DNA from: a virus
Lineage: Duplodnaviria; Caudoviricetes
Reading direction: 5' to 3' (one strand)
Length of the DNA: 40,104 nucleotides
IMG/VR virus record: IMGVR_UViG_3300024275_000019
Coordinates: 1 to 40,104 of that record
Translations under genes and position numbers: made by a program
The notes under the pieces: model-generated
Database searches by the model: none
The model's input: the letters and a program-made list of their open reading frames with translations, nothing else
Told to the model about the DNA's origin: nothing
Shown: piece by piece, positions 24,580 through 33,952 of the stretch
Layout: every line of letters begins with the position of its first letter
How positions within the stretch are numbered: position 1 is the stretch's first letter

Positions 24580-25170
24580 CTATCGGTAGCCGTACTGCGG
24601 CGGCGGGTTGCCCCTCCGCGAGTGCAGCCAGTCAGAGAGCATTGGTCCAAAGGCGTCAAGACCAGCGCCGAACAACTGGCTGGAGGTACTGGCAGGCATG
24701 CGCCCCTGAAGTGCGGCCAACTGCTGCTGAATGTTGTTCATCGCCTGCTCTTGGGCGGAGTTGTAGGTAGCCGTCCTCAAGCCTGCCTGCTGGCTGCCGA
24801 CAAGGCTGGGAACCAGACTAGAAAGCACAGCGCCAGTCCCGCTGGTGCCAATGCCTCTCGCTGCTAGCGAGTTCTGAAGCTGGTTCCCCGCCACGTTGGC
24901 CCCCAAGGCGATGTTGCCCTGAGCCTGAGAGAAGGCCGGAGAAGCCTGAAGCTGCTGGTAGAACTGCTGCTGGAGCCGCGCGATGTTCTGGGGGTCGATG
25001 ATCTTGTTGGCCTGCTTACGGTACTCAGCCGCCGGATCGTGGCCGAATAGTTTGGACAGGAGGCTGGGCGCAAACGACAACAGGCCGCCAAGCAACAGAT
25101 TGTGAAACGAAAGCGGGTTGTAGGGCTGCTGTTGCGGGGCAGTGGTGGCCGACTGATCATAGATCGCCAT
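24580..25170 (-). CDS. Putative DNA-transfer/pilot protein
   Basis: GGLLSFAPSLLSKLFG N-terminus, Q/A-rich, SLAARGIGTSG motif. Confidence 0.6.
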   Translation of the reverse strand: MAIYDQSATTAPQQQPYNPLSFHNLLLGGLLSFAPSLLSKLFGHDPAAEYRKQANKIIDPQNIARLQQQFYQQLQASPAFSQAQGNIALGANVAGNQLQNSLAARGIGTSGTGAVLSSLVPSLVGSQQAGLRTATYNSAQEQAMNNIQQQLAALQGRMPASTSSQLFGAGLDAFGPMLSDWLHSRRGNPPPQYGYR

Positions 25171-25191
25171 GTTTGGGGCCTCCCTGCCCCG

Positions 25192-25467
25192 CTAGGATGA
25201 TAGCACGTTCATGGTTACACGGTCTACGCTTTCCGATCCGAGTAGTCCGCCGATGTCGGCCTTCACAGAGTCAAGCGCCGCCGAGATGCTGGCCTGATTA
25301 ACCGCCGCTTTCTGACCTATCCCGTCCTTCAAAAGCGCGTAGGAATACGGCCCGTTTGTAACCACCTTCTGGATCACGACTGAGTACTGGGCCACTTTCC
25401 CTCCTGATAGGTCGCTGTCCGGATTCTGCACCGGAGGCATTGGAACAACTCCGGAACGCCGGAGCAT
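25192..25467 (-). CDS. Hypothetical protein; start uncertain (25467 or 25440)
   Basis: Fills the gap between the fibre and ejection genes. Confidence 0.6.
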   Translation of the reverse strand: MLRRSGVVPMPPVQNPDSDLSGGKVAQYSVVIQKVVTNGPYSYALLKDGIGQKAAVNQASISAALDSVKADIGGLLGSESVDRVTMNVLSS

Positions 25468-25476
25468 GGCTGCATC

Positions 25477-27681
25477 TCAGTATAGGTACGTGACGCGGAT
25501 ATATAGCGCGTACTGGGGACTTCCGCTCGCAGCGTTGATGGTCGTGCTGTAGGCGATATTGCCCGACGCCACCTGCATGAACACGGTAGCCCTGCTTCTG
25601 CCTGTGGCGGACAGGGGAAGAGGGAACGCCGTGGCCCCGCCATCCTCTGCCGTGACGTTGACGTTGGTTGCGCCAACCACGTCCGTCCACGCTAGATTAA
25701 CGTCTAGCGTTGGTGCTCCAGATCCGGAAACAGTGGTACAGGCCGCGTAGACATCAACCCGATAGAGCCCCGCTGGCGGAGTATTCGATAGGTTGGTACT
25801 GCCAATACCAGCCGTCTGCCCTGTGAGGTCTACCTTGCCTAGTGCCCCAGAAGCTACGGCGGGAGGATCGTCGCCAATGACGGGAAGGTTTCCGGACAGG
25901 TTTCCCAAACCGTAGTTGCGAGCGGCCGTATTGGTCAGCGTGACCGAGTTGTTCCCGACCGATCCCGATAGCACGAAACGCAACTTCTTTGTGCTAGTGG
26001 TGGAGTCGGTGAACGCAACACCGCTGCTGGCGGTGGTGGATGTCAGCGTAGAACTGGTAAGTATTGTCTTGCTTCCGAGGTTCTGGACAGCACCAGACAA
26101 CACAATCTCCCCACTACCGTCAGGGAAGAACATGGTCTTGTTAGCAGTCATGCCCGCGCCGCTGGTCACCTGAAGGTCAAGCGCGAACCCACTCACCGTA
26201 TCCACAAATCGCATCGCCGATGCCGCATCGGACAATGGCGCGCCATCCCCCGGCACGGTGTTGATAACGAATGGCACAGCGGAGGTCTGGTGGTTGTAGG
26301 TTATCTGCGCAGTGTGGTTTCTAGTGCCCGAGATTGTCTCTGCGTTCTCGATGGTGGAGAGCGTGCCGGTGACGTTCGGGAAGGTCAGCGTTCTATCCAG
26401 CGTGTGGGACGAAGCCAGCGTCAGGGTCTTTCCAGTCGTCGCTCCACCCAGCGAGAAGATCGCAGCCTTCGTGATGTCCCCGTCGTCTCCGACAAGGAAA
26501 GCCGTGTCCTTGAACTTCTGGAGCGTGGACCAGGTTCTGGCGGTGTCTACGGTCGCAGAGGCCCACGACAGGTTTCCGGATCCGTCGTTGGTAAGCACAG
26601 TGCTGGCCCCACCCTGCGCTGTAGGCACCACGTAGGTGTGGCTGGTGGGAGACGTGCCGCCGGAGAGCGTCACCGTGCCGGACGTCGTGCCGGTCAGGTT
26701 GAGACGCTGACTCTCCAGATAGCCCTCGGTAGTAATCCTGCCGGTCTGGACGCTGTTGGTGTCCCAGCGGGCTATCGTCTGGGTGGTGCCAGTGGTGATG
26801 GCAAGCTGGACGTGGGCGATGTCGTAGCCGCTGGTGCCGATGCCGATGACGGCAAACTCAATCGTCGCATCGTCGGCCGCCCCGGTCGTGATAAGGGAAG
26901 TTACCTCGCCCGCGCTCAGGGTGTAGTTGAACGCCGAGAACGACGTGCTGGCGACACCCGAAAGCTGGGTGGTGACGGTCGTAGCGGCATGGCGGAGGAT
27001 GAACTGCAACTGCTCTGTACCGGCGCTGGGGGTGTCGCGCTTGGTGATGATCTGAACCTGGATAGTGGGAGAGCCAGATACCGGCACCGCCCCCGCCGCC
27101 CACAGCGTGAACTTGATCGCCGTGCCGGGAGAGAATCCAGTCTCGGTGATGTAGGTTGACCCGCCAGTATCCTGCGTGGTCTCGTTGATGTAGGTCTGGA
27201 GATTGGTCGTTCCGCCGTCGCTTCCCAGCCAGTTGTTCCTGCTGCCGGAGATGGCCGTGGGTCTCGCGTAGATCGTCGTGCCGGTGCCGGAGATGTGCAC
27301 CATGGCAGACGGCGACTGGGTGCCTATACCCAGTCGGATATTAGCCTCGTCGTATCCTGACGACGAACCCAGCAGGATCTTGCCCTTGGTGTCGTGGGCC
27401 GTTGAGCTAATGGTCCCGCCACCGCCAGAGGCCACAGACATGAAGGCTGTGAACGGATCAGAGATGCCGGGCTTGAACCAGTAGTTGGTCAGCGTGCCGT
27501 TGTTGCCGATCTGGTTGCCTGATCCGTCCGGAACCTGACCGTTGTTGATCCTCGCTACTCCCCGGCTAAGGTCGCGCAGGAAGTAGTCGATGTCGCCAAG
27601 CATTCTCCTGACACGGGGCTGGAAGTCCGGTGCATACGGCGGCGGCATGCTCGCGTAGTCGATGCCGGTATAGTCCCTCAT
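25477..27681 (-). CDS. Tail fibre/receptor-binding protein
   Basis: 734 aa, G/S/T-rich. RLGIGTQSPSAMVHI and VLTNDGSGNLSW fibre motifs, repeated RTLTFPNVTGTL-like units, beta-rich C-terminus. Confidence 0.8.
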   Translation of the reverse strand: MRDYTGIDYASMPPPYAPDFQPRVRRMLGDIDYFLRDLSRGVARINNGQVPDGSGNQIGNNGTLTNYWFKPGISDPFTAFMSVASGGGGTISSTAHDTKGKILLGSSSGYDEANIRLGIGTQSPSAMVHISGTGTTIYARPTAISGSRNNWLGSDGGTTNLQTYINETTQDTGGSTYITETGFSPGTAIKFTLWAAGAVPVSGSPTIQVQIITKRDTPSAGTEQLQFILRHAATTVTTQLSGVASTSFSAFNYTLSAGEVTSLITTGAADDATIEFAVIGIGTSGYDIAHVQLAITTGTTQTIARWDTNSVQTGRITTEGYLESQRLNLTGTTSGTVTLSGGTSPTSHTYVVPTAQGGASTVLTNDGSGNLSWASATVDTARTWSTLQKFKDTAFLVGDDGDITKAAIFSLGGATTGKTLTLASSHTLDRTLTFPNVTGTLSTIENAETISGTRNHTAQITYNHQTSAVPFVINTVPGDGAPLSDAASAMRFVDTVSGFALDLQVTSGAGMTANKTMFFPDGSGEIVLSGAVQNLGSKTILTSSTLTSTTASSGVAFTDSTTSTKKLRFVLSGSVGNNSVTLTNTAARNYGLGNLSGNLPVIGDDPPAVASGALGKVDLTGQTAGIGSTNLSNTPPAGLYRVDVYAACTTVSGSGAPTLDVNLAWTDVVGATNVNVTAEDGGATAFPLPLSATGRSRATVFMQVASGNIAYSTTINAASGSPQYALYIRVTYLY

Positions 27682-30317
27682 CGTCCGGAATCTTCCTTAC
27701 CGAAGTTCTCGCCGTCGATGATCATGAACTCCTGAGCGTAGGTACACTCCCCGGTCACCGTAGCTTGGATCAGCATTCCTTCGGCCATCTGATTGAAGAT
27801 GACCTTATGTAGCTTGGTCGTCATCGATGCCGGGAATACGTAAGACTTGCTGATCGAGCTGGATGACCCGTCGTTATCGGTCTTGACGTTATCGGTGAGG
27901 TAGGTGACCGTCGGAGGACTGCTCCCGCTCACCAGTCCTGTGTACCCGTAGACCTCGTTCAGTCTCCACTCCATCCCCATACCCGCCAGATACATTCTGC
28001 GCGTACGCCACACCATGGAGGCGTTAGTGCTGGGGATGTTGGTTCCCGTCTCTCTCCATACCTGTCCAGCCCCTGCCGCCGTTGAGTTGACACCGCCAGC
28101 GCTGGCCCCGTAGCCAAGGAATATCTCCGTGACCCCGGTGCTTCTGGTGATCGGCCACGCCGACTTGGGAACGGCCGTGTTGCCGCTGGAGTTGTTGCGC
28201 ATGGTGACCATTCCGGCCACGCGCGGCAGTCCGTCTACGAAATCCGAGTGCTGGAAGGTCAGGGCGAAGTAGTCTCCGCCGAAGCCCACAGCGCTGTTCC
28301 TGAAGTAGTAGACGAGTTGCAGGTTCTCGATGTCGTTGATCAGGGCGACTGGCGTGTAGTTTCCAGTGGTGGTGTTGGCGATTCCAAGGCCATCCCTGTC
28401 GCCGCGCCAGTCCAGATTGTCAGCCCAGTTCTTGAGCGTGTAGCCATCGGTTACGTGGACTCCCTGATCGCTGACGAAGGCCAGACGCTCCTGCATCCCC
28501 CCCATGCTGAAGACGACCGCACACATCTCGTTGACGCAGCCATAGTCATTGCTGATGCACTCAATGGCCTTGCCCCTATCGAAGCTGGCGTCTCTCTCCG
28601 ACGGCAAATAGTTGACTCGGTAGATGGAGTTCCTGAGCATGACGATCAGTCGGTTGTTCACGACCTTGATGCAGGTAACGCGGTCGTTGTGCGAGGTCTC
28701 GAAGTCCAGATAATAGGTGGACGGGAATGCCTCCGGATCCCCAGGATATGAATATCTGATCACCGAGGGGTTGCCCACGTCGTTGACCACGAGGCTGTCT
28801 TCGTACATGGCCCCAGTGCTGGACGACGGGGCGGCACCGTTTTTGCCCACCTGGGCAGTGATGTCTCCGAACGTGTAGGCGACCGTCGGGAACTGGATCA
28901 CGGAGTCGGTAGTTCCAGCGTAGTAGACCTTGGCCTTCAGATAGTCGATTGCTACCGTGGGTGATGCATTGGACGGTGCCTGAACGAGAATCTGGGCCAT
29001 GAAGTTCCCGTTGAAGTCTGAGTCAGTGAAGCCGGGGATCTCAGACGAGAACCACCTATCGGACGATCCTCCGAACGTGATCGTCTGTCCGGGGTTACTA
29101 GTGGCGGTGAGCAGAGCCGACCTGGCGGCAGTGTTGACCTTCAGGTAGTTGTCGATGAGCAGTCCACGGAACACGCCGGGCGCATTGTTGATACCGGGAG
29201 GAATGAATCCGCCGTCCGCCTGACGGTTTCTACCGATGCGGACTTCCATCAAAACGGGAGACACGCTGCACGATGCCTCCAGGGCGATCTCAATGCCACG
29301 CACATTTCCGGAGAACCCGCCAAAGTTGAACCCGTACAGTCCCTGAAGCTTTCTAGTTCCGGCCGACAGGGCGGCGCTGGCATAGGCGTTGTCATCGGCC
29401 CCAGCTCCTGTCAGCCTCGCGCTGGCATCTCCGAAGTCGGACAGCAGACTACCGGCGACGTTGGCGGTGCCGGGGAACTTAAATCCGGTGTCGCTAGTGG
29501 TGAAGGTGTCCGCCACTCCAGCCGTGGCTGCTCCAGTCGGGATCGCAGATTCGGCGATCATGAATCCGGTGGGGAACTTCTTGTCGGATTCCTTGTCCTT
29601 CTTAGGGCTACGATAGACGCGCCAGTGAGTGGCGATGGCCGAGTTTGCCACCGGGGGCATGTAGATTGTGGGCACCTGACCCAAGGCGCTAACGAACACC
29701 GTCGTGGGGTTGCCCTCGAAGGTTGACTCCAGATTGATGACCGCACCGTCCTGCGTGACCCTAGCCAGCTCAGTAGTCCAGTATTCGTAGTATCCGGTAA
29801 CTGCCTGACTGAACGTTCCAGCGGCAGACGAGGTGGCGGGATTGGACGACACGGCCAGCATCCCGTGCTGTCTGGTGATGGGGGTGTTGGCTACCGCCGT
29901 GGCGGTCAGGTACATGACCAGATTGCCGCCAGTGGCTGTTAGGCTTCCCGTAGTGCCGTTGAACAGGAAGAACCTATTACGGTAGTGGACCACCTCAAGC
30001 GACGATCCGTCTCCTACCCCGGACGCCATGATGCCGAACGTTCCGGTGTCGCCGACTAGCGCAGTAACGTAGGCGGTGGAGACGTGGGCTACCACGTACT
30101 GGCGTCCGTTGTCGAACGTGACGTCTCTGATCCCGTCAACGTCCAAGGCAGATGCCGTGGCGGTTCCGAACGCAGCACGGCCCTTGGCTCTCTGGATAGC
30201 TTGAGAGCCGGGCAAGTAGACGGCGTTGCGGATGAAGGACAACTCTCCGGGCTTAAGAAGTCCGGGGTCCCTGATCGTTACGAGGCCGCGATCAAGGGGC
30301 TCGATCTTGCGAGCCAT
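27678..30317 (-). CDS. Tail nozzle/stabilization protein (P22 gp10 / tail tubular B-like)
   Basis: 879 aa beta-rich protein. GLVT.RDP...NAVY start, IRYSYPGDPEAFP, YGCVN, FVSDQGVHVTDG; follows the adaptor. Confidence 0.75.
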   Translation of the reverse strand: MARKIEPLDRGLVTIRDPGLLKPGELSFIRNAVYLPGSQAIQRAKGRAAFGTATASALDVDGIRDVTFDNGRQYVVAHVSTAYVTALVGDTGTFGIMASGVGDGSSLEVVHYRNRFFLFNGTTGSLTATGGNLVMYLTATAVANTPITRQHGMLAVSSNPATSSAAGTFSQAVTGYYEYWTTELARVTQDGAVINLESTFEGNPTTVFVSALGQVPTIYMPPVANSAIATHWRVYRSPKKDKESDKKFPTGFMIAESAIPTGAATAGVADTFTTSDTGFKFPGTANVAGSLLSDFGDASARLTGAGADDNAYASAALSAGTRKLQGLYGFNFGGFSGNVRGIEIALEASCSVSPVLMEVRIGRNRQADGGFIPPGINNAPGVFRGLLIDNYLKVNTAARSALLTATSNPGQTITFGGSSDRWFSSEIPGFTDSDFNGNFMAQILVQAPSNASPTVAIDYLKAKVYYAGTTDSVIQFPTVAYTFGDITAQVGKNGAAPSSSTGAMYEDSLVVNDVGNPSVIRYSYPGDPEAFPSTYYLDFETSHNDRVTCIKVVNNRLIVMLRNSIYRVNYLPSERDASFDRGKAIECISNDYGCVNEMCAVVFSMGGMQERLAFVSDQGVHVTDGYTLKNWADNLDWRGDRDGLGIANTTTGNYTPVALINDIENLQLVYYFRNSAVGFGGDYFALTFQHSDFVDGLPRVAGMVTMRNNSSGNTAVPKSAWPITRSTGVTEIFLGYGASAGGVNSTAAGAGQVWRETGTNIPSTNASMVWRTRRMYLAGMGMEWRLNEVYGYTGLVSGSSPPTVTYLTDNVKTDNDGSSSSISKSYVFPASMTTKLHKVIFNQMAEGMLIQATVTGECTYAQEFMIIDGENFGKEDSGR

Positions 30318-30318
30318 C

Positions 30319-31236
30319 CTACGTGTCCCAGTCTAGGTACCGCGTGGTGCGGTCGCCGCCAGACGGGTCGGGCATGGAGTGGCCGGGAACGAACCCGAGG
30401 TCTTCGTCGGGAATAACCGTCTGGTCTGACATCATGGTCTTCAGTCCCTCGGTGGCGAGCGTCAGCCAGGTGGTTGCCTGCTGTCCGCCCTGCTCTCTCT
30501 TGTCGGTAAGAAAGTGCCACTTGGCCCACGCGATAGGATACGACTCGTAATCCTCTGGGATGTCCAGCGTGGACGTGTCTCCGCTTGCGGAGCCCACCGA
30601 GAACCTGCGGTAATAGCGTTGGAGCAGAACGTCGGCAGCGCCGGGAGGAGGCAGGAGCCTGACCTTGCTCCGTCCATAGAGGTTGAACAGGTCGTAGCGC
30701 TCAGGAGTTCCCGCCGCCGCCTCGTCCGACACCGCACGGTCGTAGAGCCTTCGGCCGATGTAGCGCAGCGCCTTCTGGCTGCCAAGTAGACGGACCGAGT
30801 AACCAGACTTGTAGTCACTGGGCAGGTCGTAGGAGTCTCTAACGAAGCTGGCGTTGAACGACTGAGCCCCGGACCCGTAGACCGTGGTGACGTTGAAGCC
30901 GAACCCGCTGGCCCCGGTCGCGGTTACCCTGGCCCCGTAAAGGAAACCGGAACCTACGATCATGTCGTCTACGAGGATGCCGTGTCCGGGCAGGGCAGAA
31001 GCAGAAGTCTGGGCAGCGGAGGCCGTGATAGCCACGACGAACGGCCCGACAATCGCGGCAGGAACGCCTTCCTTGCGGGCGAAGTTCCACTTGGACTTGT
31101 TGCTGTAGAACTGGAATGCCGCCCGAAGTGAGTTGTGGGCGCGAGTCGTCATCTCTGCGTCGGCTGAAGCTCCGGCAGAGTCGGCGACCTGCTGAACCGC
31201 GCTAACCCACGGGATCGTGCTGTAGGTAAAAGCCAT
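30319..31236 (-). CDS. Head-tail adaptor (tail tubular A-like)
   Basis: KWNFA, SYDLPSDY, GTPERY, RLLPPP, LDIPEDY motifs and synteny. Confidence 0.7.
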   Translation of the reverse strand: MAFTYSTIPWVSAVQQVADSAGASADAEMTTRAHNSLRAAFQFYSNKSKWNFARKEGVPAAIVGPFVVAITASAAQTSASALPGHGILVDDMIVGSGFLYGARVTATGASGFGFNVTTVYGSGAQSFNASFVRDSYDLPSDYKSGYSVRLLGSQKALRYIGRRLYDRAVSDEAAAGTPERYDLFNLYGRSKVRLLPPPGAADVLLQRYYRRFSVGSASGDTSTLDIPEDYESYPIAWAKWHFLTDKREQGGQQATTWLTLATEGLKTMMSDQTVIPDEDLGFVPGHSMPDPSGGDRTTRYLDWDT

Positions 31237-31255
31237 CCTTGGCTTACCTCACAAG

Positions 31256-32563
31256 CTAGGCGGGGACGGCTTCTGGAGCCCCGTTTTCCGATGCTTCTTC
31301 TTCCATGGCCTGAGCTTCTATCTCTTCCCACTGGGCATCTGACACATGGGGCTGCTCGCGCTTGCGCTCTTCACGCATCTCTTCCCAGAAGCGCACCATC
31401 TTGGGCACTTCCTTCATGGCGTCCCGGTTCTCGCTCACCCAGTCCTTGGCGTTGTCTGCGAGTTCCTTGCGCTTCTTCGTGTCTTCGATCAGGATGGATA
31501 GCTTGTCAACGAACTCATCCGGGTCATTGAAAAGCAGGCCGGTCTGACCATCAATCACCTCGTCCCTGTAGGGTCCGGTGTTCTGAGCCAGCGTGGCTGC
31601 TGGCTTCTTCAGCGCCGAAGCCTCATAGAACTTGATCGCACTCCGGCAGTTGTTGAATACGTGTCCCTGCAGCGGCGCAAGGCTGATGTCGTGACCGATC
31701 ATGGCGAGTCTCAGCTTGTACTCGTTGTAGGGGCACCAACTCTTGAACGTATAACGATGGGCAGGAATCAGTTCCTTGACCCACGGGAACTGGGCTCCCC
31801 ACACGATCCAGTGGACCTGCGGATACTTGGCCGAGATGTGCCCCAGTGCCGCGCGGAGCGGGAACCAGTCTTCGTAGTGGGCAATGCCGCCTTGCCAGAG
31901 AATCTTGATCTGGTCCGGGTCTTCCCTCAAGTCCACCTGCTCGTAGTGGTCCATGCGAACCAGGTTGGGGAACACCTTGAGCCTGCGAGGCTTCAGTTCC
32001 TTGCTGATCGCATCCGCCACGCCCTGCGTAGAGCACGTCACCGCGTCAGCCATCTCCAGCAGGTTCTTGTAGGTCTTGAGCGTGTAGCGGTTACGGTTGA
32101 TGTCGAAGCCGTTGACCCCATCCTTCCACAGAACCTTGCGCTCACCGTTAGCCATCACGCCGATGTGGTGTCCGGGCGGGATCATGTTGCCTTCCATGTC
32201 CCGGATGCCGAGGCTCTTGAACGCCTGGTTGAGTGGCGAGACGTTGAACAGGTTGTCGTCGCTCTCGATGATCACCGAGGGCGGCCATTTCCAGTCGCCG
32301 CCCCGCTTGGTAGGGATGAAAGACTGTACACCCTTTACGTTGTTGATCGGCTGATCACCCACTGGCTGATAGAGGATGATCATGTCCGACTCACAGAACG
32401 CCTTGACGCGGTTCTCCGGAGAGATACCGGCGTCGTTCCTGTCAATGATCACCTGAACGGGGAGGCCAAGCTCGCTCGCTGTGCTGAGCGGGACGTTCAG
32501 TCGGTAGTAAAACGACGCGCTGGCACCGTGAGGGATCACGGTGTAGATCACCATGGGCTTCAC
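31256..32563 (-). CDS. GT-B (GT4-like) glycosyltransferase inside the head-tail gene block
   Basis: ASFYYRLNVP, IESDDNLF, ADAVTCST, ILWQGGIAHYEDW, DISLAPL...FNNCRSAIKFYEAS...GPY...IDGQTGLL. Confidence 0.85.
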   Translation of the reverse strand: MKPMVIYTVIPHGASASFYYRLNVPLSTASELGLPVQVIIDRNDAGISPENRVKAFCESDMIILYQPVGDQPINNVKGVQSFIPTKRGGDWKWPPSVIIESDDNLFNVSPLNQAFKSLGIRDMEGNMIPPGHHIGVMANGERKVLWKDGVNGFDINRNRYTLKTYKNLLEMADAVTCSTQGVADAISKELKPRRLKVFPNLVRMDHYEQVDLREDPDQIKILWQGGIAHYEDWFPLRAALGHISAKYPQVHWIVWGAQFPWVKELIPAHRYTFKSWCPYNEYKLRLAMIGHDISLAPLQGHVFNNCRSAIKFYEASALKKPAATLAQNTGPYRDEVIDGQTGLLFNDPDEFVDKLSILIEDTKKRKELADNAKDWVSENRDAMKEVPKMVRFWEEMREERKREQPHVSDAQWEEIEAQAMEEEASENGAPEAVPA

Positions 32564-32784
32564 TTAACCGCCTTTTTCTTTGTGAGTCTCTTGTACAAAT
32601 CGCCAATCTGCGTGAACGGATTGCCGAATCCCGTCGGCTTTTCAAGCTCAGGATGCGAGCCGGGCTGGATACCTCCGCCCAGTCTCGACGCTTCGTTAAA
32701 CCCGGTGTCCAATCCGTTGGCCTGGTAGGGCACTGTCACTCTCTTCTTGGGCATCGGGCGACCGTTGCTGAGCTGGATCGCCAT
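32560..32784 (-). CDS. Small hypothetical protein
   Basis: Translationally coupled within the structural operon. Confidence 0.65.
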   Translation of the reverse strand: MAIQLSNGRPMPKKRVTVPYQANGLDTGFNEASRLGGGIQPGSHPELEKPTGFGNPFTQIGDLYKRLTKKKAVK

Positions 32785-33023
32785 TAGTCACCCAACTCGT
32801 ACGACGTACGGACCACCGCCCCCGCTTCCTTGGCGGCAAGTCCGGCGCTCTCATTCTCACCAACCTGAACGTTCTCTGTACCCCAGTAGCCGTCGGTGAG
32901 AACACCGCTTTCGATCACCTTCGCGGCGCGGTCTGCGTTGGCGCGAACTTCGGTATCCTTCCAGGTATCGGTGAACGCATCGGAACCGCGATTCGGCCAC
33001 ACATCTTTCAGAACGATTGCCAT
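32784..33023 (-). CDS. Small hypothetical protein
   Basis: AGGAGGT RBS; coupled. Confidence 0.7.
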   Translation of the reverse strand: MAIVLKDVWPNRGSDAFTDTWKDTEVRANADRAAKVIESGVLTDGYWGTENVQVGENESAGLAAKEAGAVVRTSYELGD

Positions 33024-33024
33024 G

Positions 33025-33390
33025 CTACACCTCCTTGCCGTCTACCACCGTGCTGCTCGGCCGGGAACCGCCCCGGCTGTCGTAGGTCTTGTACTGCGGA
33101 TTGCGCTTGAGCCACGAGTAGAACTTCTTCTTGTCTCCCATCCACGCAGGATCCAGAAGCCGGGCAACGGCCACCATCGGCACGTTGACTAGCGATGCCA
33201 CGCGGCGGAAGTCGTTTCCTCTGTGCAGATTCCCGTCGTCAATCTCGCGTAGCTCCTTCACGGCTTCGAATCTCGGACGATAGTAGTCGGGGGCCGCCTT
33301 CATCAGATTGTCCGCTGACATGGCCTCTTCAAACATCGTCTCGTTCTTGCCGATGAAGAACGTCGTGGGCTTTCCGTTCTCGGTGCTCAT
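33025..33390 (-). CDS. Conserved small podophage protein found downstream of the capsid gene
   Basis: ATG 33390; FRRVASL...KKKFYSWLKRNPQYKT pattern. Confidence 0.65.
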   Translation of the reverse strand: MSTENGKPTTFFIGKNETMFEEAMSADNLMKAAPDYYRPRFEAVKELREIDDGNLHRGNDFRRVASLVNVPMVAVARLLDPAWMGDKKKFYSWLKRNPQYKTYDSRGGSRPSSTVVDGKEV

Positions 33391-33391
33391 G

Positions 33392-33604
33392 TTACTGGGC
33401 GCTGGGATCCGGAGTGCCATTGCAGGGCACGGACGGAGAAACGTCCCCCTCACGGTTGCCGCTGTTCTGGCAGAACTGGACGTTGCTCGTGCAGTTGCTG
33501 CTCGCCGTGTCCTGCGGGACCTGGCTGTCGAACGGACGGCTGGTGTCCGGAAGATACTCGTACTTGTCACCGCTGGTACCACCCTTGAACGCGACCGGCA
33601 TCAC
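33392..33604 (-). CDS. Small hypothetical protein
   Basis: GGAGG upstream; coupled. Confidence 0.6.
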   Translation of the reverse strand: MMPVAFKGGTSGDKYEYLPDTSRPFDSQVPQDTASSNCTSNVQFCQNSGNREGDVSPSVPCNGTPDPSAQ

Positions 33605-33894
33605 ATGCCTCCCATGCCAGCGTACGGGTCAGACCCGCCGCCCTTGTTATCGTTGTTCTCGCGCAGTTGCGGGCTGTTGAACGTCTTAGACTCCGTGTAG
33701 CGCGGCTCTTCCGCCTGCGGATAGCTGTCCGAGATTCCCTCCGGGAGACTTCCCACTGACTGATCGCCAAGCTCCCACGTATTCGGAGCACGGTTGAAGT
33801 TGGCGATGCTGCCGACCCCAGGGATAACCGTTGGGTCCCAGCCCTTCGCCTTGCTGACAATGATCAGGGCCTTTGACTGATCGCCCAGTGCCAT
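33601..33894 (-). CDS. Small hypothetical protein, possible capsid accessory
   Basis: AAAGGA RBS; first gene after the major capsid gene. Confidence 0.65.
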   Translation of the reverse strand: MALGDQSKALIIVSKAKGWDPTVIPGVGSIANFNRAPNTWELGDQSVGSLPEGISDSYPQAEEPRYTESKTFNSPQLRENNDNKGGGSDPYAGMGGM

Positions 33895-33909
33895 GTCTCG
33901 TTCCTTTCT

Positions 33910-33946
33910 CTGGGTTAGGCAGGGACCCGAAGGCCCCCGCCCCCAG
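33910..33946 (-). other. Stable UUCG-capped hairpin downstream of the capsid gene
   Basis: Minus strand GGCGGGGGCC-TTCG-GGTCCCTGCC inside a TCTGGG/CCCAGA outer stem; no U-tract. Confidence 0.7.
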
Positions 33947-33952
33947 ATTTAA

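Noticed and set aside
26290-27159. Long plus-strand ORFs opposite structural genes (also 31661..32728, 38942..39775, 28248..28751)
   Set aside because: These are antisense shadows of well-supported minus-strand genes in GC-rich DNA, with no motifs or RBS.
33910-33946. Intrinsic terminator after the capsid gene
   Set aside because: The hairpin is strong but has no U-tract, and downstream genes continue in the same direction.
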